A stretch of 64,000 nt of DNA. Source: the human T2T-CHM13v2.0 reference genome, Homo sapiens. Below are positions 1-27,873 of this stretch, piece by piece (position 1 is the stretch's first letter; every line of letters begins with the position of its first letter). The DNA is taken from the NCBI RefSeq assembly GCF_009914755.1, contig NC_060941.1. The stretch is one strand, 5' to 3'. A program made the translations under genes and the position numbers. The notes under the pieces were generated by a model, which was not told the DNA's origin, did not search any database, and worked only from the letters and a program-made list of their open reading frames with translations.

Positions 1-597
1 CTCCTGCCTCAGCCTCCCGAGTAGCTGGGACTACAGGCGTCTGCCACTATGCCTGGCTAATTTTTGTATTTTTAGTGGAGACAGTTTCACCATGTTAGCA
101 AGGATGGTCTCTATCTCCTGACCTCGTGATCTGCCTGCCTCAGCCTCCCAGAGTGCTAGGATTACAGGCATGAGCCACTGCGCCTGGCCAGAGTCTTCTC
201 ATTTTTGTTTGTATGTAACATCCAGGGGTTTTAGTTGTGGGTGGCAGAAGGAGTATTAATAATCCTTCCTAGTGGAAGCAGAAGTGACAATGTTTTGATA
301 CTTTTTTTTCCTTGAGACAGGTTCTTGCTCTGTCATCCAGGCTGGAGTGCAGTGGTACAACCACGGCTCACTGTAGCCTCCATCTCCTGGGCTCAAGAGA
401 TCCTCCTGCCTTAGTCTCCTGAGTAGCTGGGACTGCAGGCATGTGCCACCATGCCCAGCTGGTTTTTTCCTTATTTTTGTAGCAACGGGATCTCCCTATG
501 TTGCCAGGTCTGGTCTCTAACTCTAGGGTACAAGTAATCCTCCTGCCTTGGCCTCCTAAAGTTCCGGGATTACAGGCATGAGCCACTGCATCTGGCC
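1..597 (-). mobile_element. Two antisense Alus (1-189 partial; 302-597 AluJ-like)
   Basis: Alu consensus sequence. Confidence 0.9.
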
Positions 598-1103
598 TTG
601 ATACATTTTTTTTTCTTTCCCACTAAATACCAGAAGAACATGATGAATTTTCTGTTGACTTTCCCATCTGGGTGGACTTTTAGTAACCTCTAGAGTCCTC
701 AGTTTACTTCTGTCACCCACCTGTTCACAGAGGGATGGATGTAGTAGCCTTTTGCTCAGTTTCTTTGGCTTTTGTCAGTGATGTTTGTCATTCATCTGTT
801 CAAATGTTTATTGAGAACCTATTTTGCTGGGGCTGATGAGGCCTAGGAAGATGCCCTGTAGGAATGCATGTGTAGCGTCAGATGTTTTTTATCTATGTTA
901 TGTTATTTGATCTTTGCAACTTTGGAAGTCAGCAGTTATAATCTCTCATAGATGAGGAAACAGACCCACAGAGATGAAGGAACCAAGGTAGTTCCACCAA
1001 ATGTTGTTTCCTTGAAGGTAGTGGGGCAACTATTTACTTCCAAGAATGTTTTCTATACCAGTGATTAGGGGACTTGAGTGTTGGCCAAATATGATTGAAA
1101 TTG

Positions 1104-2250
<1,147 letters not shown>

Positions 2251-2735
2251 AACAAAGTAAAATAAAAAGGTATTGTGAACAAGAGCTCTGTCGACATGGC
2301 ATCAACACAGTAAAGTCAGTTCTGGTTGTCTTATATCCCGTAGCTATGTGGTGGTGATTTTCTTGTGTTCTAATGTCCTGATAAACACATTCACCCAGAC
2401 TTCGAGCAGGAGATGGCACTTTCTGGCTCAGCCACATGCAAATTCTGATCCTATTATTTCTAGTTCCCTCCTCCAAGTTTTTCATTTGGCAGCCAACCTT
2501 AGAAAATAGCTGTAATCAATGTAGAAGTCAGACTGGGGCTGACTTTTATCAGTCAGGAAGGTATTAAATTAGCAGTCCAAGACTTGGGCTTCCACTTGTG
2601 CCTTAGCCAGTCTTTGTGAGAACCTTGGTCAAGGCTGTCTCTCCAAGCCTCAGTTTCCTGGGGATAACACCTGCTTGGCTTATCTTACAGAGTTAATAAG
2701 CATCAAAGAACTTACTGAAGGACTTTATAAATTAA

Positions 2736-5379
<2,644 letters not shown>

Positions 5380-5761
5380 TAATTGCTAACACTGTAGCAA
5401 AGCTTTCCTTTGTTGTGTAGTGCATATAGGAAACCAGGTTGATGTGAAATTTCTAACAGCTCATAAGAGTCTACATACTAATAGTATTTAGTACTTTCTA
5501 GTGCCCTGCTCTTCATATGTCATGTAAATGCCTTGGCTGTATCTAGTATAGATAGTACTAGTGGGATTCAGTATAATCCTTAATTTTTTGTTTGTTTTTA
5601 GTAATTCTTGTAAGCAGTTAGTTAAGAACTTGTTTTGAATTTTTGGTGCTGGTAAGCCAAGACTGCGAGAACTTGTTGGATTCTTAAACACTTGAACATT
5701 TACCATGCATTAGGTGCTGAGGATGGAAAAAAGAGTAAGACTCAGCATGGCCCCCAGGAAT

Positions 5762-6368
5762 CAGGAGTGGCTGTATTAATATCAGACAAATCAAGGCAAA
5801 TAATTTTGCCATGGTTGAAGAAGGTCTTTTCCTAATGATAAAGGGGTCAGTTCTTCAAGAGGACAAAACAGTTCTAAACATTTATAAACTAAATGACAGT
5901 GTTTCAAAGTATATGAAGCAAACACTGATAACTGCAAGGAGAAATAGATATATCCATAATGATAGTGATTCCATTATTCTTCTCTTAGTAATTGATAGAA
6001 TAAGGAGACTGAAAATCATTAAGGATGCGGGAGACTTGAACAACCCCTTCAGCCTGCTGGATCTGACTGACAGTCATAGCACACCATCCAGAGAGAGCAG
6101 AATGTAGTTCTTTTTTAGTATAAACACAAAGATAGATCATATTCTTGTGAGCCATAAAATAAGCCCCAAATTGATAATTATGCAAGCCATACAAAATATA
6201 TTCTCTGACCACAGTGGAATTAAGAATAATTCTAATAACAGAAGTATCTTTGGAAATGTCCTGAATATTTAGTAACTAAATAACATACTTTTAGATAACC
6301 CATAGGTCAAAGAAGAAGTCAAAAGTGAAATTAAAAAGTATTTAGAACCAAATGAAAATGAAGACACA
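5762..6368 (+). mobile_element. Old L1 (L1M) ORF2 endonuclease-region fragment
   Basis: Decayed GVAVLISDK, LMIKGSVLQED and IFSDHSGIK motifs. Confidence 0.85.
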
Positions 6369-6686
6369 GGCCAGGCGCGGTGGCTCATGCCTGTATTCCC
6401 AACACTTTGGGATGCCAAGGCCGGCAGATTACCTAAGGTCAGGAGTTCAAGACCAGCCTGGCCAATATGATGATGAAACCCCATCTCTACAAAAAATACA
6501 AAATTAGCCGAGCGTGGTGGCACACCCTGTAATCCCAGCTACTCGGGAGGCTGAGACAGGAGAATCACTTGATCCAGAGGTGGAGGCTGCAGTGAGCCGA
6601 GATCATGTGACCGCACTAGCCAAGATCACGCCACTGCACTCCAGCCTGGGCGACAGAGCAAGACTCCATCTCAACAACAGAAAAAA
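6369..6686 (+). mobile_element. AluS directly 5' of the RANBP1 retrocopy
   Basis: Alu consensus with a short internal duplication near 6594-6640. Confidence 0.9.
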
Positions 6687-9215
<2,529 letters not shown>

Positions 9216-9615
9216 AAGAAATTTGTGCTTAATACTTTGGTGAGCATTTTATGCCCTTTGCCCCATGTAGTTGGTTCTCACTGGTAGGTAGGCAGGCAGG
9301 TAGAATTAGCAGCTTTAGGTGAGACAGAGCTGAGCGGAGGTTCCTTCACTCAGTCAGGCTCTCCCGGCCAGTGGCTTGCAGACCAGGCCAGGCTGCTGCC
9401 CTTCTTTGGTGCTGCTGCAGAGGGAAGTGTTTGGCATGTGGGGTCTCTACAGTTAGTCCTGGTTTCTAAGAGTCTAAGGCTGTTTTATTCTCTCTTTTCT
9501 TTAGTCCTTTGGGAGACAACATTCTACTTATGTTCTCTTAATGTTTTGTCCCCTAGGCATTAGCAGAACCAAGGGCTGCATGAGTTTTGAGCTTGTGTCT
9601 GGTGTTTTCCCTCAG

Positions 9616-9764
9616 GGCACAGTCTTTTGCTGAGCGCCTGCGCCTGGGAATTGCAGTGATTCATGGAGAGGCGCAGGATGCCGAGTCGGACTTGGTGGAT
9701 GGACGGCATTCCCCACCCATGGTCAGAAGTGTGGCTGCCATCCACCCCAGCCTGGAGATCCCCA
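9616..9764 (+). CDS. PRPSAP2: PRPSAP2 (PAP41) internal coding exon, (R)[49 protein letters not shown](M)
   Basis: Acceptor ttttccctcag at 9615 and donor gtaagt at 9765. 149 nt, phase 2 to phase 1. The final A joins the TG of the next exon to give ATG. Peptide matches PRPP-synthetase-associated protein 2. Confidence 0.97.
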
Positions 9765-10381
9765 GTAAGTGTGCTGCTGCCTCTTTCCCACTTTCCTCTG
9801 ATTTTAAGGCTGACTACACTGTTGTCTGTGTGGTTTTTTTCCTCATTCTTCGTTTTTTTTTTAAGTTGGCAAAAACTCATTAACACCTTTCTTGGCCAGA
9901 TAGTAGCGAATGCATTTCTGATTACCTTGTAAATTGTAAGGCCGTTTAGAAGCAGTCTGTCCTTCTTTGCAAGACCTGTGAAAATGTTTGGACTATTGAG
10001 ACAGTTGCAATGCTTCAGGGAAGTCCATTCATTCATTCAGCAGTATATACTAGAGTGTAGTTTAACATAAGCAAAAAGCTTTTTATATACAAAGTTATTG
10101 ACTGTGATGTTTTTAATGCAAAATATTAGAAAGGTTTAAATGGTTTACCAGAGTGTAGGGCTTGGTAAATTATACTGTGTCAGTACAGCTAATTATGCAG
10201 CCCTTTGAAATAATCAAGACTATCTGGAAACGAGAAAAATATATGGAATATATATGAACAAGGCAGAATATAAGATTGTATACCTATTTGTCTTAGTTCA
10301 GGCTGCTGTGATGAAATACCTTAGACTGGGTAATATAAACAACAAATTTATTGCTCACAGTTCTAGAGGCTGTGAAGGTCA

Positions 10382-10864
<483 letters not shown>

Positions 10865-12749
10865 CTAGTCACCTAAAAGCCCTACCTCTTAATACCACCA
10901 CAGTGGGTTCCAGCATGAATTTGGAAGGACACAAAAATTCAGACCATAGCATTTTGCCCCGGCCCCTCAAAATTCATGTTCATCTTACGTGCAAAATACA
11001 TTCATTCTATCCTAATAGCCCCCAAAATGTTAACTCCGGGTAAGTCTTAACTTAATTTCAGCATCACCTCAAAAGTCTGAAGTCCAAAGTCCCATCTAAA
11101 TATCATCTAAATCAAATATGGGTAAGACTCCAGCTCTGGGATTCACTCTGACGCACGTTTCTCTCCGGCTGTGAGCCTGTGAAATCAAACAGGTTGTATG
11201 CTTCCAAAATGCAATGGTGGGACAGACATTGGATAGACATTCCCATTCCAAAAAGGAGAAGTGAGGCCCAGTGTGGTGGTTCACGCTTGTAGTCCCAGCG
11301 TTTTGGGTAGCCAAGGTGGGAGGGTTGCTTGAGGCCAGGAGTTCGAGACCAAAAGGGAGAAGTAGGAAGAAAGAAAGGAGTGACAGGTCCTGACCAAGTC
11401 TAAAACCCAACCAGACAAACAACATTAAATCTTAAGGCTTAAGTTGACTCAAAGCCCCGCCTTCCACAAAAACTGGGGCAGGGGTTGGTCTTGCAAAGCT
11501 CTGGATGGCCCCACTCCCACAGCTTTGCTGGGAGCAGCCCATGCAGCAGCTCTCAGTCACTGGATTCTCATGCCTGCATCTCTCAGGCTGGAGTTGCACT
11601 CTAGTGGTTCTACCAGTCTTGGGTCTTGGGGTGGTCTTGCCCCACAACTCCACTGGGCATTGCCCTAGTGGGGTCTCTCTGGTGGCCCTGCCCTTGTGAC
11701 AGTTCTCTGCTTGGGCCCTGGCACTCTTTGGGGCATCCTTTGAAGTCTGGGTAGAGGTAGATGTGCCCCCACAGCTCATTCACTCTGTGCACTGTGGAGA
11801 TGGCCCTGCACGGACACCACTGTGGTTTGTTGCCTGTGCCTTCCAGAGGGGTGGCCCGAGCTATAGTTGGACCTGCTTGAGCTATAGCTGGAGTGGGTAA
11901 GGAGTATTCTGGAATGTGGGAAGTGGAGCCTTGAAATCGTTCTGCCCCCAAGACCCTGGCATTCTAGGCTTATGATGAGATGGGCAGTCACAAAGATCTC
12001 AGAAATGCCTTTGGGGTCATTGAGTCACTGTCTTGATGAATAGCGTCTGGTTCTTTTTTTTTTTTTTTTTTTTTTTTTGAGACAAGGTCTCACTCTGTCA
12101 CCCAGGCTGGAGTGCAGTTGTGCGATCATGGCTCATTGCAGTCTCACCTCCTGGGCCCAAGCAGTCCTCCCACTTCAGCCTCATGAGTAGATGGAACTAC
12201 AAGCACTTGCCACCGCACCTGGCTAATTTTTGTATTTTTTGTAGAGACAAAGTTTTACCATGTTGCCCAGGCTGGTCTTGAACTCCTGAGCTCAAGTGAT
12301 CCACCCGCCTTAACCTCCCAAAGTGCTTACAGGTGTGAGCCACCACTCCTGGCCGTCTGGCTTCTTTCTATCCATACTAATCTCCTTATCAAATGTTTGC
12401 TTGGTGGCTGGGCGCGGCGGCTCACACCTATAATCCCAGCACTTTGGGAGGCCGAGGCAGGTGGATCACGAGGTCAGGAGATCAAGACCAGCCTGGCCAA
12501 CATGATGAAACCCCGTCTCTACAAAAAATACAAAAATTAGCTGGGCATGGTGGTGCGTGCCTTAAATCCCAACTACTCGGGAGGCTAAGGCAGGAGAATC
12601 ACTTGAACCAGGGAGTTGGAGGTTGCAGTGAGCTGAGATCCAAGACTGTGCCACCGTACTCCAGCATGGCAACAGAGTGAGACATCATCTCAAAAAAAAA
12701 AAGAAAAAAGAAAAGTTTGCTTGGCTACACACTTGGAGTTCTGTCCTGA

Positions 12750-12979
<230 letters not shown>

Positions 12980-13187
12980 TAGGTTGGTCACAAACTCTTG
13001 GGCTCAAGCAATCCTCCCTCCTTGGCCTCCCAAACTCTTGGGCTTATAGGCCTGAGCCATTGCATCCAGCCTTGCTTTTACATTCTTTACAAGATGGCCA
13101 GGCTGATAATTTTCCAAATATTTAAGTTCTACCTCCCCTTTGATGATAAATCTCATCTTTAATTCATCTTCTTGGATTTTAGTATAA

Positions 13188-13361
<174 letters not shown>

Positions 13362-13428
13362 TGAGTAGCTAGCACTACAGGTGCACACCACCACACCTGG
13401 CTCATTTTTGTATTTTTAATAGAGATGA

Positions 13429-13806
<378 letters not shown>

Positions 13807-13933
13807 TGAAATTACAGGTGTGAGCCACCATGACCAGCCTACTGTCTGTTTTTCTACTAGCATTGTGATCATGACCACTTAGATCATTTCTAAGAAGATT
13901 GAGGCTTTCTTTACAGCTGTTTTCTTCTGAGCC

Positions 13934-14683
<750 letters not shown>

Positions 14684-14908
14684 GAACTCTCACCAGAGCT
14701 CCCCTTTACGGTCTGTACATAGCAATACAGTCTTTTTCTAGCCTTTTCCTCTTCCAGCCTCTGCCCATTACCCAGTTCCAAAGCCACTCCTGCATTGGTG
14801 GGTATTTAATACAGCAGCAACTCACTTCTCAGTACCAATTTCTGTCTTAGTTTGTTAAGGCTACTATAACAAAATACCTTAGACTTGGTATTTTTTTTTT
14901 TTTTTTGA

Positions 14909-15019
<111 letters not shown>

Positions 15020-15649
15020 TGAGTAGCTGGGATTACAGGCGCGCACCACCACGACTGGCTAATTTTTGTATTTTTAGTAGAGACAGAGTTTCTCCATGAT
15101 GGTCAGGCTGGTCGCGAACCCCTGACTTCAGGTGATCCGTCCACCTCAGCCTCCCAAAGTACTGGAATTACAGGCATGAGCCACTGCACCCGGCCAGACT
15201 GGGTAATTTATAAACAACAGAAATTCATTGCTCACAGTTCTGGAGACTGGGAAGTCCTGGATCAAGGCACCAGCAGATTGGTGTCTGATGAGGGCTCACT
15301 CTGCTCCTGAGGTGGCACCTTGTTACTGTGTCCTCAGATGGTGGAAGGAGCAAGGCAGCTCTCTGTAAGGGCACTAATCCTGTTCATGAAGGCAGAGGCC
15401 TTGAGCCTTAATCATTTCCCAAAGGCCCCACTGTTAATACTATCACATTGGGTATTAAGTTCCAACATAGCATTTTGAGAGGACACCATCTTCAGACCAC
15501 AGCACTCTCTTTGTCTATGCAAAGACCAGGAGGAAATAGGAAGAATGAATGTAGTTGGGTTGGGGTGGTAGAGTTATGCATGAATTTGTTTTTGTGTTTA
15601 AGAAACTTCCCCATGCCTTAATAACATCTTCTTAATTAAAAAAAAAAAT

Positions 15650-16059
15650 GCCACCTTTGAGTTGTTGGGGAAGAACCCTAACCCCCTGCCCTCATAGATT
15701 CAGTGTTTGGTGGCATATGGACTAAACTGGCAAAAGACAGATGAGGAAGAGGAAAGGCAGTTTAATCACATACATACAGATGTGTGTGATTAAACTCTTT
15801 TGTGAGTCACAAAAATGTGACTCGAAGTGGTTACAATTTGGGGCTTATATAGCATCTTAATAGGGGAACAGGAGGGGCAGAAAAGGCCCCTGTGGGAAAA
15901 CAGATGACTTCTTTTTTTTTTTTTTTGAAACGCTCTTTTGCCCAGCCTGGAGTGCAGTGGTGCAATCATGGCACACTGCAACCTCGGCCTCCCAGGTTCA
16001 GGCGATTCTCCTGGGTAGCTGGGACTACCGGTACATGCCACCATGCCCAGGTAATTTTG

Positions 16060-16131
<72 letters not shown>

Positions 16132-16540
16132 TAGAGACAGGGTTTCGCCATGTTGGCCAGGCTGGCCTCGAACTGACTGCAAGTGATTCGCCCGCCTCGG
16201 CCTCCCAATGTGCTGGGATTACAGGCGCCCGGCCAAGATGACTCCTTAATAGGGGAAGAGGAGGAGGGAGGGGACTGATGGGAAGTGGGCGCTGAGGAGA
16301 AAAGATGGGAGAGAGGCTAGTTTTTGACAGCGTCTGTTTAGGTGTGGTCTGGACTTCTTCTGGTCTTAAGCGATAAGAGTCAGTCTTCCCTGGTGTTCCC
16401 AGGGAGGAGATTTATCACAGTTGAGTTCTTTGGAGTTATTTTGTGAGGCTCTGCTTTTCAGCATATAAGGGACTTCAGGAACTCAAATGCTTTCAGCTCA
16501 AAATAATTTTTAGGTCACAGAGGTATATTCTGGACTGTTA
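15650..16540 (-). mobile_element. ERV1 MER4-group-like LTR remnant split by an Alu
   Basis: ggggcttatatagcatct and ttcagctcaaaataat motifs typical of MER31/MER67-like LTRs. Subfamily uncertain. Confidence 0.45.
16061..16129. repeat. (TAT)~11-12 followed by T34 in an Alu linker
   Basis: Read directly. Confidence 0.95.
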
Positions 16541-17231
16541 GGTTTTTGCCTTGCCCAGGAGTTTGCTCATTTATAAATAGAGGGAAAAAAAAACCAGAGA
16601 AGGAACTAGTGTGGTTGGGATAGCCATGCACACAGCTGGGATTCCAGCTATACTTTGTAGATCCCAACTGAGGTGGAAAGGGAAGGCCATCTGGGCAGGG
16701 GTTAAATCTCCTAAGGGGTGGGGGACTGAGCTTGAGTTTGCATCTGGCTCCATCACTTATCAGCTGTGTGTTCTTGGGCCTGTTGTTTTTCTGAAAAAGA
16801 GCGACAGCAAGAGGCCATCCTCAGAGTGGACCCATGATAGGCCAAGATGGTGGAAAGCCCAGGACGAGCCCTCAGGACCCAGCACTGCCTGCCTTATGTG
16901 AGTGAGATAGGACTGCAGTGGTGAGACGTTCAGTGATGGGCCATGGTGTGGCCAGGAAGACACTAGCCTGACTACCAGGAGGCCCCTGGAGGGAAGAGAT
17001 GGACTAAGATAGCAGTATCTGTGGGGAGCCAACCAAGGAGGACTTTGAATACCAGTAAATACACTCGTGTCCTAGAAGGCAGCCCACAAAGGCTCTCGAT
17101 CCGGGCCATTTAGTGTTCAGCAGGCCAGGCCTGCATCTGTGTTTGGGATAGGGCTGCAAGTGCAGAGGCCAGATCCGGGAGGCTGATGAAGTTGAGCAGG
17201 CACATGGGAGGAGAGCTTGATCTCTTGGGCT

Positions 17232-17515
17232 ATGCTGTCCAGTCGGGTGGCCACTGGCTACATGTGGCTCCTGCACACTGGGAACGGGGTGGGGAGCAGT
17301 GGGAGTGTGAAGGACACACCCCTAATCTGAAAACTTTAATGTAAGTATCTCATTAGTGAAGTTTTATTGACTCTGTGTTAAAATGGTAATATTTTGATAT
17401 GTTGAATCAAATCAAACATGTTATTAAAATTAATTTTACCTTTTTTTGTGCTTTTGTAATGTGGCTACTAGAAAATCTGAAATTGCATATGTGGCTTTCA
17501 TTTCTGTTGTGCGTT
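17232..17515. mobile_element. MER33-like hAT-Charlie DNA transposon
   Basis: gctgtccag...gccactggctacatgtggct...aatgtggctactagaaaat...atatgtggct pattern. Confidence 0.65.
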
Positions 17516-17593
17516 ATTGCTCTAGGGGTTGGTAACAATGGGAATGAAAGTGACAGAGCACATTGAGAAATGTTAAAAAGACGATGGGAGGGA

Positions 17594-18182
<589 letters not shown>

Positions 18183-20070
18183 GATAGCAGGAGGGAATGA
18201 ACATTTTTAGTGTATTAGTCTCCAGTACAGCCCTTTTAATTGAGTGATGATTTTCCACTTTATAGATAAACAGGATCAGAAAGAGAAAGCGACTTCCCTG
18301 CAGTCACATAGTGACAAGCTGGACATGTCTGACTAAAACCTGTGCTTTTTCCACTGTGTTCTTGGGTCTCTTGGACTTAGTAATGGGGATTTAAGGAGGA
18401 GGAAGGCAGTGAGATAGAGCCAGGGTTCAGGATTTGGGGCTGGGAGGGTGTTAATAAAGCGTTTGGCTCAGGACCTCAAAGCCTTTTGCTTGTGTGTGCA
18501 TTTCTCACAGCCTCACGTGCCCAGGCTGTTGGTGCTGGGGGGTAGGCCTGGGGCTGCCGCTCCCTTTCAGAATCCTTGCCTGGCCTCAGAGGGGCTTGTG
18601 TCTAGGAACCTCAGCAGAACCCTGCAAGGGCTGGCTGGGACCATTGGTGAGATGAGCCATGCCCGGGAGCATGGAAGAATATATGTTCCTCTTCAGTCCT
18701 GTAAGCACATGGGCTGTGATGAGGAACGCGTTGGCAGTCTTTAGATGAACGCTGCTTCTTTGGAACTTGCTGGGTGTTAGCTTTTGGTGTGGCCTTTGGG
18801 AGTGGACTCTGGACTGCAGACACTGAACTACAGGTTTCCCATCTGGAAATGAGTTCATAGGACTGGATGATCTCTATGTTCTTTCTAATATTTCTTTACT
18901 CGTGGGATCTTTATGTTTCATTCATAATTTTAATTATAATGTTTCTATGTTTATGTTTTGACTCAAGTAGTGATCACTACAGGCCGTCTTTGGGAATGCA
19001 GTAGAATTTTAGTTTCATAGATCCTAAATATTTGATTGTTTTTATACATTTGATGATTGGACACCCTACATAGAATACTTTTTTAAGGTACTAGCAAATA
19101 ATATATGAAGGGAAAAGAAAGCATTCTTCCTGTAGCATCTCGAATATAAAGATTTTGTTATTTAGTATTAGATTTTAAAAATTATTTTGTATCCTCTGAT
19201 TTCTTATAGATGAAAATATGCCTACTAAAAAACAATGAAAATACTTTTTCAGAATATAAGCACTATATATAATATTTGAAAATATTATCCATAAAAGTTA
19301 GAAGAAAATAATAATTAGTGCTTGATGCCACTATTCAAAGACACACCACTTTAATTTGGTGAGCCTCTTTTTGGTTTTTCACCCTTATTTTCATAAAGCT
19401 GCGATGCATGCTTCATACATAATTGTGCATGTTGCTGCCTCCTTCTCCCAGCTGCCCGACGTGTCATCTCAGGTCACCAGAAACTTTGACAGGAAACAGC
19501 AATTTCTTTTTTTTTTCTTTGAGACTGGGTCTCACTTTGTCACCCAGGCTGGAGTGCAGTGACAATCACGGCTCACTGCAACCTTGACCTCCCAGGCTCA
19601 AGCGATTTGTCCACCTCAGCCTCTTGTAAACAGCATTTTTATGGCTAATAACCCATCGTATGAATGTGGCTTAGACTGCCCAACCACAGCCTAATTTGGG
19701 GTTTTTATGTTTTCTTCTGTTCTTTGCCCTTATAATGTGGCAGGAAATATATGTGGATAAAACACTTTTCCCATACTTTGGCTTATTTCATTTCAAGCTT
19801 CTAAAAGTGAGATTAATGAGTCAGAAGGTATGAATATAAGGCTTTTTGTCAAATTGATTTCCTAGAGGGTGATTCATTATACTTTTTCACCGGCATTGAG
19901 GTCAAGTGTCCTGGGAGTAGGACTGTTGAAAATGTAAAAAGTCACTTCAGTTCTGGAATTTATCTTGCTTTGCTTTGTTTTGTTACACTTTTTTGCCCTC
20001 TCCTGATGCTCACCTGGGGTCACACATTGCCTCTGGTTGTCATATGTCTTTCATCTCTTTCAATCTAGAG

Positions 20071-20279
20071 CAGTGGTTCTCAATTAGGGAGTGGATATTG
20101 TCTCCTAGAGGTCATTTGGAAATGTCTGGAGATAGTTTTGATTGTCAGAATCAAGGGGGTGGCTACTGGCATCTAGTGAGTAGAGGCCAAACATGCTGCT
20201 AAACTTCTCACAGTACGTAGGGTGGTCCCTTGCAGCATAAACGTGTCTGGCCCAAGATCTCAGCAGTTGAAAAGTCCCA
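20071..20279 (+). mobile_element. MER20 hAT-Charlie DNA transposon
   Basis: cagtggttctcaa start, gctactggcatctagtgagtagaggcca core, 8-bp TSD atctagag/atctagaa. Confidence 0.85.
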
Positions 20280-20319
20280 ATCTAGAACAGTATTTTAACT
20301 TTTTCTTTTTGTGACATTG

Positions 20320-25080
<4,761 letters not shown>

Positions 25081-25280
25081 GCCAGTGCATTTTTTAAAAA
25101 AACGTTTTTATTTTGAAGTAATTATAGATCCACAGGAAGTAGGGGGCAATACACAGGGACATCCTGTGTATTCATTACCCAGCATCCTCCATCTTGCTTA
25201 ACTATAGTACAATAACACAGACTGAAAATTCTCAGTGCCACAGCCACAGAGGTCCTTCAGACAGCACCAGTTGTGCAGTA

Positions 25281-25283
25281 GTG

Positions 25284-25321
<38 letters not shown>

Positions 25322-25329
25322 TGTTTGTG
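25281..25329. repeat. (GT)n microsatellite
   Basis: 14 pure GT units at 25291-25318. Confidence 0.95.
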
Positions 25330-25467
25330 AATGCAGTCTTACCATGGGTAGCTTTGTGGAACCACCACCACAGTCAGGACACAGAATTGCTCCTTCACTG
25401 CAAGGCACCCTCATGCTTCCTTTCATAGCTACACTGACATCCTTCCCACCCAATCTGCAACCCCTTG

Positions 25468-25848
25468 TGTCTTTGTCCACTTTGTGCTACTGTAACACCT
25501 GAGACTAGGTTGTTTATAAAGAATAGAAGAAATTTATTCTCTAACAGCTCTAGAGGCTGTAAGTCCAAATCATGGCACCAGCATTTGGTCTGGTGAGGGC
25601 CTTCTTGCTGTGTCCTCACATGGCATAAGGCAGAAGGACAAAAAGGAATGAACTTTCCTTCAGAAGGCCAGGAAAGAGGTTAACCCACTCCCACAAGCCT
25701 TTTTATAGCGACATGAATTCATTCCTGATGGTGGATCCCTCACAACCTAAACACTTTCCCAAAGACCCCACCACCCAACACTGTTGCACTGGGGAATAAG
25801 TTTCCAACACATGAATTTTGGAGGGACAAAAACATTCAAGCCACAGCA
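25468..25848 (-). mobile_element. Solo MaLR (MST-type) LTR inside L1
   Basis: tgtctttgtcc...aacattcaagccacagca termini. Confidence 0.75.
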
Positions 25849-27325
25849 CTGGCAACCACTGATCTGTCCCCTGTCTTTCTAATTATTATTTCAAGAATGT
25901 CATATAAATGGAATCTATGGTATATAACCTTTTGAGTTTTGTTTAACCTACCATGATTCCCCTGAGATCCATCCAGGTTGTTTTGTATATTAATATGTTA
26001 TTCCTTTTTATTGCTGGGCAGTATCCCATGGTATAGAGGTACCAGAGTTTATTTGTTGAAGGACATTTGGATGATTTCCAGGTTGGGGCTATTATACATA
26101 AAACTCGCTATGTACATTCATGTATAGGTTTTTGTGTGAACAGAGTTTTAATTTCTCTGGGATAATTGCACTTACAAATGCAGTTGTTGGTTTGCATGGT
26201 AGTTGCAGATATACTCTTATAAGAGACTGTCAAACTGTTTTCCAAAGTGGCTGTACCATTTTACTAGTAGGACTTTTAAAGTAGCGTGTGTGTGTGTGTA
26301 TGTATTTTTTTTGAGGTATGGTCTGGGTCTGCTGCCCAGGTTGGAGTGCAGTGGCTTGATCACAGATCACTGCAACTTCTACCTCCTGGCTAAAGCAATC
26401 CTCCTGCCTCAGCCTCCCAAGTAGCTAGGACTACAGGTGCGTACCTCCATGCATGGCTAATTTTTGCTTTTCTGTTTTTGTAGAGACTGGGTTTCGTCAT
26501 GTTGCTCAGGCTGGTCTTGAACCCCTGAGCTCAAGCAATCCTCCCACCTCAGCCTCCCAAAGTGCTGGGACTACAGGCATGAGCCACCACGCCTGGCCTT
26601 TATATGTATATTTTTGATCATAGTAACATCAGTGTGCAATTAAAGAGTAATAATATGTATGTAAAATAAAGACACGAATATTTATTCAACTCTAGACAAC
26701 GTTTGATGCCATAATGGGTTTAAAATAACTCTGGGAGCCTGGGAATCTAGTCTCTAGATTGGAAACCACTGAACTGGGTATTTTATTATTAAAAACAATA
26801 ATCATTATTATTTTTTCCATTGTAATAACATGTAAAAAAACATATTTCCCATATGCTCAGTGGAGAAAATTTGGAAATAAGGAAAGTAGCAAGAAGAAGT
26901 GGGGGGAAAGAGGCACCCATAATTCTATTACCCAGAGTCAAAAACATCTTTTAACACTTTTTCTGTGCATTAAAAACAAAAAAAGAAAATTATACCTCCA
27001 TCATTTCTGGTGTGACCTGCATTGTGACAGCACAATGTTGGCCAGTTATGGTGCAGAAAACAGTGCTACCCCTGGGAGCCTGGAGTGTGGTGGGAGATAG
27101 CTCCAATAGTGGCAGGTGCTGTGCAGGAAGAGGCTCGTGTGAAAGTACTGGAGGGCTGCCATGGGGCACGGTGATGGGGACATGGGGCCATGCCGTCTGC
27201 ACAAGGCCAAGTGGAAGAGCAGATTTTTCACGGTAAATGTAGGCAGACCCTTTTTTTTTCCTGGTTGTCTAACCTATTATTGTAGAAGTGCTCATATACA
27301 TTCTTTTCCATCTGTGCTTTGGCAG

Positions 27326-27472
27326 GATGACATCATTGATGATGTTGACAGCTTTCTTGCTGCAGCAGAGACCCTGAAGGAAAGAGGTGCATATAAGATC
27401 TTTGTGATGGCAACTCATGGCTTGTTGTCTTCTGACGCCCCCCGGCGGATTGAAGAGTCTGCCATTGATGAG
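27326..27472 (+). CDS. PRPSAP2: PRPSAP2 coding exon, [49 protein letters not shown]
   Basis: Acceptor tgctttggcag at 27325 and donor gtaaca at 27473. 147 nt, phase 0/0. Type I PRTase-like DD motif and THG motif. Confidence 0.97.
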
Positions 27473-27873
27473 GTAACAGGGTCTGGGTGTGTGTGGGTAC
27501 AGCTGCCTGGGCTTTTGGCACATCTTGATCTTTAGTTACAGAGAGTCAGGACAAGACTGAGATCTTTTGTGGCTGAGAAACGATTCAAGGGCTGGGTGCA
27601 GTGGTTCACGCCTGTAATCCCAGCACTTTGGGAGGCCGAGGCAGGTGGATTACCTGAGGTCAGGAGTTGGAGACCAGCCTGGCCAACAGGGTGAAACCCC
27701 GTCTCTACTAAAAATACAAAAATTAGCCGGGCGTGGTGGCACACACCTGTAATCCCAGCTACTTGGGAGGCTGAGGCAAGAGAATCACTGGAACCCAGAG
27801 GGCAGTGGCTGCAGTGAGCCAAGATTGTGCCACTGCATTCCAGCCTGGGTGACAGAATGAGACTCTTGTCTCA

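Noticed and set aside
5811-6107. 98-aa endonuclease-like ORF
   Set aside because: Decayed L1 ORF2 fragment with frameshifts and stops.
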